A stretch of DNA of 64,000 nt from Candidatus Bathyarchaeia archaeon (GTDB taxonomy: Archaea > Thermoproteota > Bathyarchaeia > TCS64), in the NCBI GenBank assembly GCA_050014495.1, contig JBEKDF010000001.1:128001-192000 (forward strand). Direction: 5' to 3'. This document shows, in pieces, positions 10,551 through 19,725 of this stretch (positions within the stretch are counted from its first letter, which is position 1; each line of letters begins with the position of its first letter). The translations under genes were made by a program, and so were the position numbers. The notes beneath the pieces were generated by a model, which saw only the letters and a program-made list of their open reading frames with translations, did no database searches and was not told the origin of the DNA.

Positions 10551-10846
10551 TACATCAATCCTCAAATGGGGGTGTTAGGCTGCAGAGCTTATGGCTCCCT
10601 AAATTTGTTTGATAATTAATCGAATGGAATCCCTCGTATCTCTCGGTGTTCATCTCTTAGAAGCCACTACCCTGCAGAGGCTACTATGCCTGCTGAGCAC
10701 TCACTAATAAATGTTTTTGAATGTTGATTTGGGGTTTTTAGGGCTTATATGAGGGTTAGTACAGCATGAGTTGTTATACCAAATGTTTAATAGGGGAACT
10801 CGGTTATTCGATTAGAGCCCGACGGGGAAAATAGGAGATCAGTGGT

Positions 10847-11077
10847 TTGGCTGAAATGATTGAGCGGGTCCTGGAGAGAAGCATCGGTAAAACTGTCCTA
10901 ATTAAGGTGAGGGGCGGTAAGACGCTACGAGGGACCCTTGAGGGCTTCGACCAGCACGTCAATCTTGTGCTCAAGGACGCCGAGAACGTTAGCGATCCGA
11001 TGAAGTCCGAGATGATCGGAACAATAGTGCTGCGCGGCGATAACGTGATAATGATCTCTCCGCCTCCCGAGGGTTAG
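10847..11077 (+). CDS. Sm-like (LSm) protein
   Basis: LRGTLEGFDQHVNLVL and LRGDNV Sm motifs; linked to L37e. Confidence 0.93.
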   Translation: MAEMIERVLERSIGKTVLIKVRGGKTLRGTLEGFDQHVNLVLKDAENVSDPMKSEMIGTIVLRGDNVIMISPPPEG

Positions 11078-11086
11078 GTGTAATTT

Positions 11087-11269
11087 ATGCCTTCTAAGCA
11101 TGCTATTCATACGGGTAAGCGGACACATATGAGGTGTAGGCGCTGCGGGCGTAGGGCTTATCATATGCGCCTCGGAGTCTGCGCGGCCTGTGGCTTCGGT
11201 AAGACGCCGACACTTAGGCACTACAACTGGATGAGAAAAGATCTTCAGAGGACGCATAGACTCATCTAG
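11087..11269 (+). CDS. rpl37e: 50S ribosomal protein L37e
   Basis: THMRCRRCG..AYH....CAACGFG..LRHYNW. Confidence 0.92.
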   Translation: MPSKHAIHTGKRTHMRCRRCGRRAYHMRLGVCAACGFGKTPTLRHYNWMRKDLQRTHRLI

Positions 11270-11426
11270 TTGTTTTCTTCGATCACATCTAGTTTGAGTT
11301 CTCGTCTCTCCCTCTCATAAGGGGGAGAACAATAACATTTCAGATATGTATTAGAAAGGTTCGACTCAGTGTTCGGTTCTTTCGTAGTGATATGTTTTTT
11401 AGGTTTGGAGTATGGGTTGTTGTTGG

Positions 11427-11536
11427 GCGGGGGTACCCGAGACTGGCCAAAGGGGCGGGACTTAAGATCAGGCAGTCTCTGGTGAGAGATCCCGTAGCTC
11501 AGGCTTTCGTGGGTTCAAGTCCCACCCCCCGCACCA
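11427..11536 (+). tRNA. tRNA-Leu(TAA) with a 22-nt BHB intron (11467-11488) at 37/38; CCA encoded
   Basis: Acceptor GCGGGGG/CCCCCGC, anticodon loop CTTAAG|A, long variable arm, TTCAAGT T-loop. BHB motif: CUUA/UGAG helix with two AGA bulges. Confidence 0.93.
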
Positions 11537-11588
11537 ACCTTCGAAACCCTCAAACTAAACTTGATTTGCAAGTAGTTGGTTACAGAAT

Positions 11589-12317
11589 TTATATATCAAT
11601 TGTTAAATCAGGTGGAACACCAAAAACCTCATCCAACATCATCTTAAAATATGCTTTCGATTTTATATCCAAAAGGAATAGTTTTTTACTATATGCTTTG
11701 TCAGTGAATTCTTTTTCACATATTTTCTTATGAGATCCTTCTATGTCGTTAAAATCATATCCAAGATAATGGATTAAATATTTGTCTCGACTAGTTGAAT
11801 ATCTTATAGCCTTAATTGATTCATATTGCTGTTCTCTAAATTGTAGAACAGGATACAAGTCCATAATAAAAGGTATCATTTGATCATAAGCTGATTTTAT
11901 ATAATCATAATCGTTAGGATTTATCTGACGATATTTCGAATAAATATTGCCTAGTTTCTCCATCATGCGCTCTGACTTTAAATTATATTTATCTACATAT
12001 TCCTCCTCATATTTATTAATAATTAGATTTCTTCTTAAAGCTGAGTTTATGAATGACGAAGGACCTAATCTAATAATTCTATTATTACCAAATTTTCTAG
12101 CAACGTTAGCCTTTTCAACCTTGCTCCGGGCCTCATCATTATAGGGAACACCTGCAAGATTGAACGCCTCTTTTTGACTTCCAAACAATTCATAAAATAC
12201 CCTGGGATTTACTTTACATTTTAATTGAATTTCCTTCATGCTCGGAGTTTTCCCAAACTCACCATAATAATTTTTAATAAACTGAATTATTTTTTTCCTT
12301 TCCTCATCAGCACTCAT
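11589..12317 (-). CDS. AT-rich hypothetical protein with an N-terminal homing-endonuclease-associated repeat-like domain
   Basis: N-terminus IIQFIKNYYGEFGKTPS...FYELFGSQKEAFNLAG resembles the G.tPt...FGSw..Al..aG repeat; composition is foreign; lies next to the tRNA 3' end. Confidence 0.6.
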   Translation of the reverse strand: MSADEERKKIIQFIKNYYGEFGKTPSMKEIQLKCKVNPRVFYELFGSQKEAFNLAGVPYNDEARSKVEKANVARKFGNNRIIRLGPSSFINSALRRNLIINKYEEEYVDKYNLKSERMMEKLGNIYSKYRQINPNDYDYIKSAYDQMIPFIMDLYPVLQFREQQYESIKAIRYSTSRDKYLIHYLGYDFNDIEGSHKKICEKEFTDKAYSKKLFLLDIKSKAYFKMMLDEVFGVPPDLTIDI

Positions 12318-12359
12318 GCTCAGTCAAACAGACATCAGTTACTGGCCTCGATTAATCTT

Positions 12360-12439
12360 TCCATTTCCAGCCATTTCTGGAGAAAGTGAGGTCATTTCAC
12401 CTTCATTCCAACCTCATTTACACCCATTTCACCCATTTC
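12360..12439. repeat. Cluster of degenerate CCATTTC/TCATT repeats, five of them at roughly 9-11 nt spacing
   Basis: ccatttcc, ccatttct, tcatttca, tcattcca, tcatttac, ccatttca, ccatttcg. Confidence 0.55.
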
Positions 12440-12563
12440 GGATATCTACAAGGCATGATATACTAAGATTATTGAAGTTTATTTGTGAGGGTTGTCTTAG
12501 AAGAGCAGAAGCTTGGCATATTCACTGCATAGTTTTTTGGGTGCAGAGTCATTATCCGCTGTA

Positions 12564-13325
12564 ATGATAGCAGACGAGAACTTCCACAGGATCGAGGCTA
12601 TACTCGCCGCTGAGGGAAATCGGGGGGGGCTGAAGTGGGCCATGGGGGTCGCCCCCTTCGATGTCGTATTCAATATACTTCTTCCAATACAGAAGAGTAG
12701 GCTCGGGGAGATTACTTGCAGCTCCTTGGAGCACATGATGAGGGAGGGTTCGGTCATAAGCTTAGCATATGCCTATCCTCCCTATGCAATAGAGGCGATT
12801 GCTCAGGGGAAGGAGAAAGCATGGGACATGAATAAGTGGAACATTTACGCACGCGCCTATACGAGGCTCAACAAGGCCCTCAACGAGACGTCAGCTCTAA
12901 TAGCTAAGGAGTTGGGGGGCGTCGCCATACCAGCCACAGTTGGAGGCTTCTCCTCTCAGGTCAGCCACGTCGAGGAGTACTACGCCCAGAGCGTAAGCCA
13001 CCGTGTCGCAGCGGAGCTTAGCGGAGTCGGCTGGAGGGGAAAGAATGAGCTCATAGTCAATCCCCAATTCGGTTGCGCTATCAGGTTAGCATCCGTTCTC
13101 ACAACTGTCCCCATAATGAGAACACCCCCTTGCAAGCAAGGCTGTGGAGAGTGCCACGCTTGCCTAGAGGAGTGCAGGTTCCTCAAATACAAGGGCAAGC
13201 TCGACAACTATAGAGAGCAATGCCGCAGATACCTCGTCTACCTTAATCTTGAGGACGAGGTCTGCGGTAAGTGCATAAAGGCGTGCATAAAGGAAAGCCT
13301 CTATGCCAGTCAATTCAACCTCTAA
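12564..13325 (+). CDS. Epoxyqueuosine reductase-like (QueG / reductive dehalogenase-like) Fe-S protein
   Basis: SHRVAAELSGVGWRGKNEL, FGCAIRLASVLT, CGECHACLEEC, CGKCIKAC. Confidence 0.8.
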   Translation: MIADENFHRIEAILAAEGNRGGLKWAMGVAPFDVVFNILLPIQKSRLGEITCSSLEHMMREGSVISLAYAYPPYAIEAIAQGKEKAWDMNKWNIYARAYTRLNKALNETSALIAKELGGVAIPATVGGFSSQVSHVEEYYAQSVSHRVAAELSGVGWRGKNELIVNPQFGCAIRLASVLTTVPIMRTPPCKQGCGECHACLEECRFLKYKGKLDNYREQCRRYLVYLNLEDEVCGKCIKACIKESLYASQFNL

Positions 13326-13522
13326 ACTTTTATAGATCAGGAATGTCGGATTCATAATCGATTTTCCTAAAAAGTACCCGGACAGTTTGAATCAGGTTCC
13401 CTGTTTGAAGTGGAGCGTGCATGAGGATGAAATGTTCTAGTTCCCAGGAACAAGAACCACCTCAAGCAGTCGATAATCAATTTTGACCCAGACTCATTTT
13501 ACCTCTTGGAGAGTAAGCCAAA

Positions 13523-13879
13523 TCAAAAGGTCACGATGCGGTCGGCTTCCTTCACCCAATTTGCTAGTATCATCATTGTGCCCCTCTGGACGCCTTCGGC
13601 AAGATCCTCATCCCTTAACCCGCGAGACTTGAGACAGGTACCGCAGGTCTTCACCTCGACCCCTTTCGCGATGAGGTCTGTGAGCATCTTCTCTAGGTTG
13701 TAATACCCCTCAGGCGTGCTCTGCCCCCTCTTTGCGGCTCCCACACTGTCACCCATAAGGAAGACCCTGACCTGCATACCTATCTCCGTGACGATGGAGG
13801 CGTTGGCTAGGCGGAGAGCGTTCCAAGTCTTCTCGCTCCCATAGGGGGCATCGTTTGCGATTATGAGCAGTTTGACCAT
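13523..13879 (-). CDS. DsrE/YchN family sulfur-relay protein
   Basis: APYGSE..NALRLA, VFLMGDSV, CGTC..RG. Confidence 0.88.
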   Translation of the reverse strand: MVKLLIIANDAPYGSEKTWNALRLANASIVTEIGMQVRVFLMGDSVGAAKRGQSTPEGYYNLEKMLTDLIAKGVEVKTCGTCLKSRGLRDEDLAEGVQRGTMMILANWVKEADRIVTF

Positions 13880-13921
13880 ACCTGAAAAAGGGGATGAAGC
13901 CCCCTAAAACTGTGACGAGAA

Positions 13922-14674
13922 CTACTTTCTCCCCACGAAGAGTGTGATCATCTCGTCGTTTCTAATTGGCTCGTTCCCGTGCTCCACCTTCCACTTTCTC
14001 AGATCAGCCACCCCCCTCTCAAGCCCAGCCTGTGAGATGGGCTGGAACATGCTCCACAGCTTCTTCTCAGCGATCTCTATTAACTCGTCGGCTGACTGGT
14101 ACCTCTCCATGTCGTATGGGTAAATCTCGGTGAGTCGGAAGCCAGCATTCCTGAAATAGGTCTTAAAGGCCTCGTCGCTGGGATAAACATCGAGCTGGCT
14201 CTGCTTAATCTCAGGGAATAGCTTGAGGACGACCTTCTGGTTCAGTTGAGCATGACCGATTGTGTGGGCGATCTTCGCCCCGCCACGCTTTAAGATGCGG
14301 TAGCACTCATTCGCCGCCTCCTGCTTGTCGATGATGTGGTGCCAGACCTGAGCAGCGTAAACGAGGTCAAAGACGTCGCAGCGGAAGGGCATGTTCTCGG
14401 CTACGGATTGGACCACAGGGAAGTCAGGGGTTTTCTCCTTAGCTTGCTTAAGCATTCCGATGGAGGGGTCGAAGCCGACAGCGGTGGCATGAGTCCGTGC
14501 TTGGATGCCAAGCCCATAGTTGCCTGTTCCACAACCCATGTCGACGACGAGGGAGCTCGAGTCGAGGTGCGCCAACAGTTCCGCCTCTCCCGCCCAGAAC
14601 CAGATGTCCTCACTGACCCGACCTTTGTCATACTCAGTACTCACCTTGTTGAAGTGGGGATTGCTAACGGCCAT
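13922..14674 (-). CDS. Class I SAM-dependent methyltransferase
   Basis: VVDMGCGTG, AENMPF...FDLV, ECYRILKRGG. Confidence 0.88.
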   Translation of the reverse strand: MAVSNPHFNKVSTEYDKGRVSEDIWFWAGEAELLAHLDSSSLVVDMGCGTGNYGLGIQARTHATAVGFDPSIGMLKQAKEKTPDFPVVQSVAENMPFRCDVFDLVYAAQVWHHIIDKQEAANECYRILKRGGAKIAHTIGHAQLNQKVVLKLFPEIKQSQLDVYPSDEAFKTYFRNAGFRLTEIYPYDMERYQSADELIEIAEKKLWSMFQPISQAGLERGVADLRKWKVEHGNEPIRNDEMITLFVGRK

Positions 14675-14832
14675 ACCTCTTAGAGGATAGATCAAAGGAT
14701 AAATTATGGGGTCGATTTATTGGAATTCAGGAAGGGTATACTCATATATAAAAAGCGCCATTTCGAGAGCTCAACATCGAGCCAAGCCCATCCAAACCTT
14801 AATATTTTAATCTAGTAGTTTGCTGTTGTCAA

Positions 14833-14909
14833 GCCGCCGTAGCTCAGTCCGGTGGAGCGTCTGGCTGTTAACCAGTTGGTCAACGGTTCAAGTCCGTTCG
14901 GCGGCGCCA
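14833..14909 (+). tRNA. tRNA-Asn(GTT), CCA encoded
   Basis: GCCGCCG/CGGCGGC acceptor, CTGTTAA anticodon loop, TTCAAGT T-loop. Confidence 0.92.
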
Positions 14910-14999
14910 CATCAACGAAATAGAATAGTTTATAGCCGTAGTTCTCCGCTTCATCTAACTAAGTTTCAAAAAAACAATATAGGAGTATGCGAGCTTAGG

Positions 15000-16976
15000 A
15001 TGGACCTTATTCTTCTTTCACTGTCTGTCGGCGCCATCGCGATGGCGTTCGTCGCGTACCTCTCATGGTCCATAATTCGTGAGCCCGCGGGTACACCTGA
15101 GATGATGAGGATTGCTGCTTCGATAGAGGATGGCGCTAAAGTCTACCTTCGCAGGCAGAACACAACGATCGCCGCCGTAACGGCGCTTGTCACCATCCCA
15201 ATAGCGCTCTACTACCATGACCTCAGGGTCATTGGAGCCTTCGTTGCTGGGTCCGCCCTCAGCCTCCTCAGCGCCTACATAGGAATGATGGTAGCCGTAA
15301 AAGCAAACGTGCGGACGACGAACGCGGCGAAAACGTCAACGGCGAAGAGCTTCCTCATTGCCTTCAGGGGCGGTGGAGTAATGGGCCTCCTAGTCACAGG
15401 CCTCAGCCTCATCGGGGTCAGCATCCTCCTCATGATATTCAAGGACCCAAACCTAATAGTCACCTACGGCTTCGGCTCCAGCCTCACCGCCCTCTTCGCC
15501 CAATTAGGTGGCGGCATCTTCACGAAAGCGGCCGACATAGGTGCTGACCTCGTCGGAAAGGTGGAGCACAGGATACCTGAGGACGACCCACGCAACCCCG
15601 CAGTGATCGCTGATCAGGTGGGCGACAACGTAGGTGACTGTGCGGGTAGGGGGAGCGACCTCTTCCAGACTCTGAGCGATGACTACATAACGGCGATGCT
15701 CCTCGCTTCCATCGTCCTGGGCTTCACAGGCATGAATGGCCTTGTATACCCCCTGATGTTGGGGGCAACTGGAATAATCGCAACGATAGTCGGGATCTTT
15801 CTCACGCGCCAATGGAGGGGTATCAGACCCATCAGCGCATTCAACGTCGGTCTCATTTCCTCCGCAGTTATTTGCATAATAGGCGCTTATTTTGCCACGA
15901 TAAGTCTCTTGGGGGACATCAGAATATTCTACGCCGTTGTCGGAGGCCTCCTGGCAAGCCTAGCGACAGGGCTCGTTGTCCAGTACTATATCGGAATTAA
16001 TAGCGGTCCAATCAAAAAGGTGGCGGCCTCATGCGAATACGGCTCCGCTATAAACATAATCACGGGTCTAGGCTACGCTCTCCAAAGCCCCTTCGTACCC
16101 TTCATTTGCGTCGTCGCCGTTATTTACTTCGCCTTTAGTATTACGGGCTCCATCTTCGGCGTCGTTGGCGTCAACCTCGGCACCGACCTCGCGATAGGGA
16201 TCATCATGTCAAGCGACACATTCGGCCCAATCAGCGACAACGCGCAGGGCATAGCAGAAATGTCTGGTATGGTCGAGAACGCCGACTCTTTAGTCGAACT
16301 AGACTCCATGGGGAACACTACGAAGGCCTTCACAAAGGCCTTTGCAACCCTTAGTGGCACGGTCTCGACAGTCGTCATCTTCGCAACTTACAGTAACTTG
16401 GCGGGGCTCACGAACGCTACAATTGGCCTACTCAGCCCAGTCTTCATAGTAGGCCTTCTCCTCGGTGGCGTCGTCCCATTCCTCTTCTCCTCCCTAATCA
16501 TAGGTGCCACCGCTGAGTCAGCCTATAAGATGGTCGAGGAGGTACGCAGACAGTTCAATGAGAGACCGGGGATATTGGAGGAGAAGGAGCTACCCGACTA
16601 CAAGAGGTGCGTCGATATAGCAACGCGGGATGCTCTTCTTAAGATGATTGCGCCCGGGCTACTCGCAGTGCTTGCCCCAATAGCTGTGGGCCTCATTCTC
16701 GGGAAATATGCTCTCGCGGCGATGCTCCTCGGTAGCCTTGTCACTTCAGCACTACTCAGCCCAACTTTTACATTCGGAGGAGGCATCTGGGACAACGCGA
16801 AGAAGCGCATTGAGAGGGATTTCTGGATGAAAGGGACCCCCGTACACGCTGCGGCTGTCACAGGTGACACAGTCGGTGACCCACTAAAAGATGTGGCAGG
16901 GCCTAGTCTCAACATCTACATGAAGCTGACGAATATGACGGCGCTACTCTTGGTGCCGCTCTTGTTGCTACTTTAG
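15000..16976 (+). CDS. hppA: Membrane-bound H+-translocating pyrophosphatase, K+-independent type
   Basis: GGGIFTKAADIGADLVGKVE, EDDPRNP, DNVGD, GDTVGDPLKD; GNTTKA carries the Lys that marks K+ independence. Confidence 0.92.
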   Translation: MDLILLSLSVGAIAMAFVAYLSWSIIREPAGTPEMMRIAASIEDGAKVYLRRQNTTIAAVTALVTIPIALYYHDLRVIGAFVAGSALSLLSAYIGMMVAVKANVRTTNAAKTSTAKSFLIAFRGGGVMGLLVTGLSLIGVSILLMIFKDPNLIVTYGFGSSLTALFAQLGGGIFTKAADIGADLVGKVEHRIPEDDPRNPAVIADQVGDNVGDCAGRGSDLFQTLSDDYITAMLLASIVLGFTGMNGLVYPLMLGATGIIATIVGIFLTRQWRGIRPISAFNVGLISSAVICIIGAYFATISLLGDIRIFYAVVGGLLASLATGLVVQYYIGINSGPIKKVAASCEYGSAINIITGLGYALQSPFVPFICVVAVIYFAFSITGSIFGVVGVNLGTDLAIGIIMSSDTFGPISDNAQGIAEMSGMVENADSLVELDSMGNTTKAFTKAFATLSGTVSTVVIFATYSNLAGLTNATIGLLSPVFIVGLLLGGVVPFLFSSLIIGATAESAYKMVEEVRRQFNERPGILEEKELPDYKRCVDIATRDALLKMIAPGLLAVLAPIAVGLILGKYALAAMLLGSLVTSALLSPTFTFGGGIWDNAKKRIERDFWMKGTPVHAAAVTGDTVGDPLKDVAGPSLNIYMKLTNMTALLLVPLLLLL

Positions 16977-17969
16977 GCCACGGAAATGCTCCCACCCGCC
17001 CTTACCGATGGACTTCTCGACTCCATCCTCGACGTAGATAATCCTCTTCTCATTGGTCACAACACCGAGCTCGAGGAGGTCCACGCCTTGAGAGCGCAGA
17101 GCCTTCTTAGCCTCGTTAACCATTTCAGGCTTGACTGTGAAGATAAGCTCATACTCCTCCCCACCGTATAGGGCAAGGTCTGCTCTGTCGAGCTCATAAA
17201 GCTCCGCGAACTCCTCAGCATCTCTCGTGAGAGGGAGGTTAGTGAGCCTAAAGCCATTACCACTGCTCTTCTGGAGGTCGTGGAGGCTAACAGCGAGGCC
17301 ATCACTTGAATCCATACTGCTTGTGGCAGTGCCCGAGGCGGCGAGGGCTATCCCCGCAGCGACCCTAGCACGAGGCATGTAGACCGACTCCACGAGCCTG
17401 ATGCGTAGTCCCTCGGGGGCCTCCATATCTTCGAGGAGTATCTTAAAAGCAGCGGTAGTGCTGCCAAAGCCACCCGTAGTAGCAAGCACATCGCCCGGCT
17501 TTGAGGTGCTCCTCAATATGAGACGTTTCTCCTCGGCGAGTCCGTAGGCCATTCCGGAGATTATGATGTCGCACGCTTCGTTGGTGTCGCCGCCCACCAT
17601 ATAGCCACCGTACTCTCGGGCGCCCGCTTCGAAGCCCCTGGCGATGTCCTCCACCCAGTCGACCGGCGTCGTGCTGGGCGCGCCGAGGGCGGCGAGGAAT
17701 ATGAGTGGCTGCACGCCCTTCGAGCCGAGGTCGCTGAAGTTCATTACAACTGCCTTGCGCCCCGCCTGGAAAGGTGTCATTCCTCGGGGTATGTCGGTCT
17801 TCCAGACGAGCATATCTGTTTTCAATATCACAGCGCGCCCGTCACCGAGGCTTATGGCGTTGACATCGTCCCAATTCGGCACGGGCATTCCCGGCATGAG
17901 AGTCAGGTGCCTCATTATGCGGTTGATTAGTTCCCGCTCTCCGATCTCTGCTATGGTGGGCAAGGGCAT
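16968..17969 (-). CDS. thiL: Thiamine-monophosphate kinase
   Basis: GERELI, NFSDLGSKG, VGGDT, MDSSDGL, GGEEYEL, GWEHF. Confidence 0.92.
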   Translation of the reverse strand: MPLPTIAEIGERELINRIMRHLTLMPGMPVPNWDDVNAISLGDGRAVILKTDMLVWKTDIPRGMTPFQAGRKAVVMNFSDLGSKGVQPLIFLAALGAPSTTPVDWVEDIARGFEAGAREYGGYMVGGDTNEACDIIISGMAYGLAEEKRLILRSTSKPGDVLATTGGFGSTTAAFKILLEDMEAPEGLRIRLVESVYMPRARVAAGIALAASGTATSSMDSSDGLAVSLHDLQKSSGNGFRLTNLPLTRDAEEFAELYELDRADLALYGGEEYELIFTVKPEMVNEAKKALRSQGVDLLELGVVTNEKRIIYVEDGVEKSIGKGGWEHFRGLK

Positions 17970-18048
17970 CGTTCTCGTCTAGGAGCGTCCTCGTTATAAC
18001 GATTGGGGGTTAATAAACGTCTTATACATAATTTGAATGGTTTAAAAA

Positions 18049-18300
18049 TTATACTTCAGGCTTCTTTTCGGGTTCTTTTTTAGGTTCTTCAACCGTTTTC
18101 TTTCGAGATTTGGTGCGTGATTTGATTGCACTAACTGTAGCGTTGTCTGCTCCAGTAATTTCTGATATCTCTTTGGGCTTCAAACCAACTTCTGAAAGTA
18201 TTTCTATTTTTTGAGTTAGAGTTTTATCAGCTAGAATAGTTGCAGCATTAATCTTAATCAAGATGTCGATTTTTTCAATTAAAACGTCTATTTTTTCCAT
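18049..18300 (-). CDS. Small HTH-like protein
   Basis: KIEILSEVGLKPKEISEITG...VSAIKSR helix-turn-helix pattern with a Lys-rich tail. Confidence 0.6.
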   Translation of the reverse strand: MEKIDVLIEKIDILIKINAATILADKTLTQKIEILSEVGLKPKEISEITGADNATVSAIKSRTKSRKKTVEEPKKEPEKKPEV

Positions 18301-18316
18301 TAGTGGGGTTTCGCCT

Positions 18317-18784
18317 CTATTTATGTTCAGCTTCTTTGGGCGCTCCAGATGCTTCAACTAGAGGTGTTGAGGGTGGAGTTACCTGTCCGGTAGTACTCTT
18401 TTTTGGTTTTTTAGGTTCCTTTGCATATTCGATTTTTCGCAGGTTCTTGTAGAATTTTCCTTTTGGTTTCTCAATTTCATAAATTATACCAATATCAGCC
18501 CAATTTGACGTAACTCTTGAAAATTGTCCTTGGTCGATTTTGCATTCACTTGCAATTGTCGATTGAGTGTGGTTTCCATCACATAGGTTGTAAGCCTTAA
18601 CGTAGCTATCTGGTTCCGGCTTATGATCTGTGATTATTTTACCAAGAGGTTCGTCTGTTGGGAATGCTATACGTCCAAGAAGCGTGTTTGTTGCTTCAAC
18701 ATAATTTTGATAATATTCGACGGCTGATTTTAATTCGTCTATTTTAGCTATAAGTTTGGCATTAGGATCTTTTGCAGGACTCAA
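18317..18784 (-). CDS. Winged-helix (MarR/ArsR-like) protein
   Basis: AYNLCDGNHTQSTIASECKIDQGQFSRVTSNWADIGII; TTG start overlaps the upstream TGA. Confidence 0.65.
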   Translation of the reverse strand: MSPAKDPNAKLIAKIDELKSAVEYYQNYVEATNTLLGRIAFPTDEPLGKIITDHKPEPDSYVKAYNLCDGNHTQSTIASECKIDQGQFSRVTSNWADIGIIYEIEKPKGKFYKNLRKIEYAKEPKKPKKSTTGQVTPPSTPLVEASGAPKEAEHK

Positions 18785-19614
18785 TTTAATGGCTCACCAT
18801 CCCATATCATACATTTAGCCTCATCTTTACTTATTTCGCCACTTAACACAGATTTAACTGTTTCAAAAAGAAACTTTGTTGTCACTAATCTTGAATTATC
18901 CAGTTGCAAGAATTTTCGTGCATGATCTGTAATTGGTTTATCTCTAGTTATAGGGTCTTTTTCCCTAAAATGATTTACAAAAAAGAATCCTTGTAACTTA
19001 TCTGGCTCTCGTTCATCTTTTGCTACTTCTGCTTTCATCCATCCATCTAATTGAAGTGCTTTAACCTTGTCTCCTTGTTTTGTCGTACCTTCGACCTCGA
19101 CTAGAGCTTTCACTCCATTATACTCAAAAGTAACGTCAGCGTAATCTCTATTTTTAATGTGATGTTCAACGTTTTCAAACTCTAACCAAACTAGTGTAAA
19201 TGCAATTGCAGCTTCTAATGGAATATCAGCAAGGTATAACAAACGTTCAAACATATCATATTGTAATACTTTTTCTTGTAGAGTTTTAATCTCGGTATCA
19301 ACTGCTGTTCTTTCAGCGAATGAATAACTACTGATCCAATCTGGCTTAGGTTGAGTCATGATAATTGACTGTAACATTAATTTTGGCAAGTAGATTTCAG
19401 GAACACCGGTCTTTCCTTCGCCACCAAACACAATGTTAAGCTCTTTTGTATCAACAAGACGAGTGAGTGCCTCATTTAACTTAGGAGTTGTAATTCCAGT
19501 TTCTTCGACAAGAACTGTCTTAGAGGGAAGTTTGTGTTTTTGAAAAATATAGTCACTAATGAAATCAAGTATTATTTGAGAATTTTCAGCAATTTCTCTC
19601 TCAGACTCGGACAA
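18781..19614 (-). CDS. N-terminal wHTH fused to a PD-(D/E)XK restriction-endonuclease-like domain
   Basis: LDFISDY...LPSKTVLVEETG (HTH); LE.AI..TL, ADVTF..., LVEVEG, LQLDGW, GFFFVNHFR. Confidence 0.6.
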   Translation of the reverse strand: MSESEREIAENSQIILDFISDYIFQKHKLPSKTVLVEETGITTPKLNEALTRLVDTKELNIVFGGEGKTGVPEIYLPKLMLQSIIMTQPKPDWISSYSFAERTAVDTEIKTLQEKVLQYDMFERLLYLADIPLEAAIAFTLVWLEFENVEHHIKNRDYADVTFEYNGVKALVEVEGTTKQGDKVKALQLDGWMKAEVAKDEREPDKLQGFFFVNHFREKDPITRDKPITDHARKFLQLDNSRLVTTKFLFETVKSVLSGEISKDEAKCMIWDGEPLN

Positions 19615-19725
19615 TTAATTCTAGCAAAACTGTAACCTGTTCAATTAAATAAAATGCTCGTTTGCGCAAGTACAAGTCAAAGAAAACATAAGTTTTCTAG
19701 AAACCTAGAAAACAAATACTAACAT

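Noticed and set aside
11467..11488. tRNA-Leu intron as a novelty
   Set aside because: A canonical 37/38 BHB intron, ordinary for archaea.
11392..11733. 113-aa ORF
   Set aside because: It overlaps tRNA-Leu and lies antisense to the 3' end of the island gene.
14820..14999. N-terminal extension of the 718-aa PPase ORF
   Set aside because: It overlaps tRNA-Asn; the likely start is ATG 15000.
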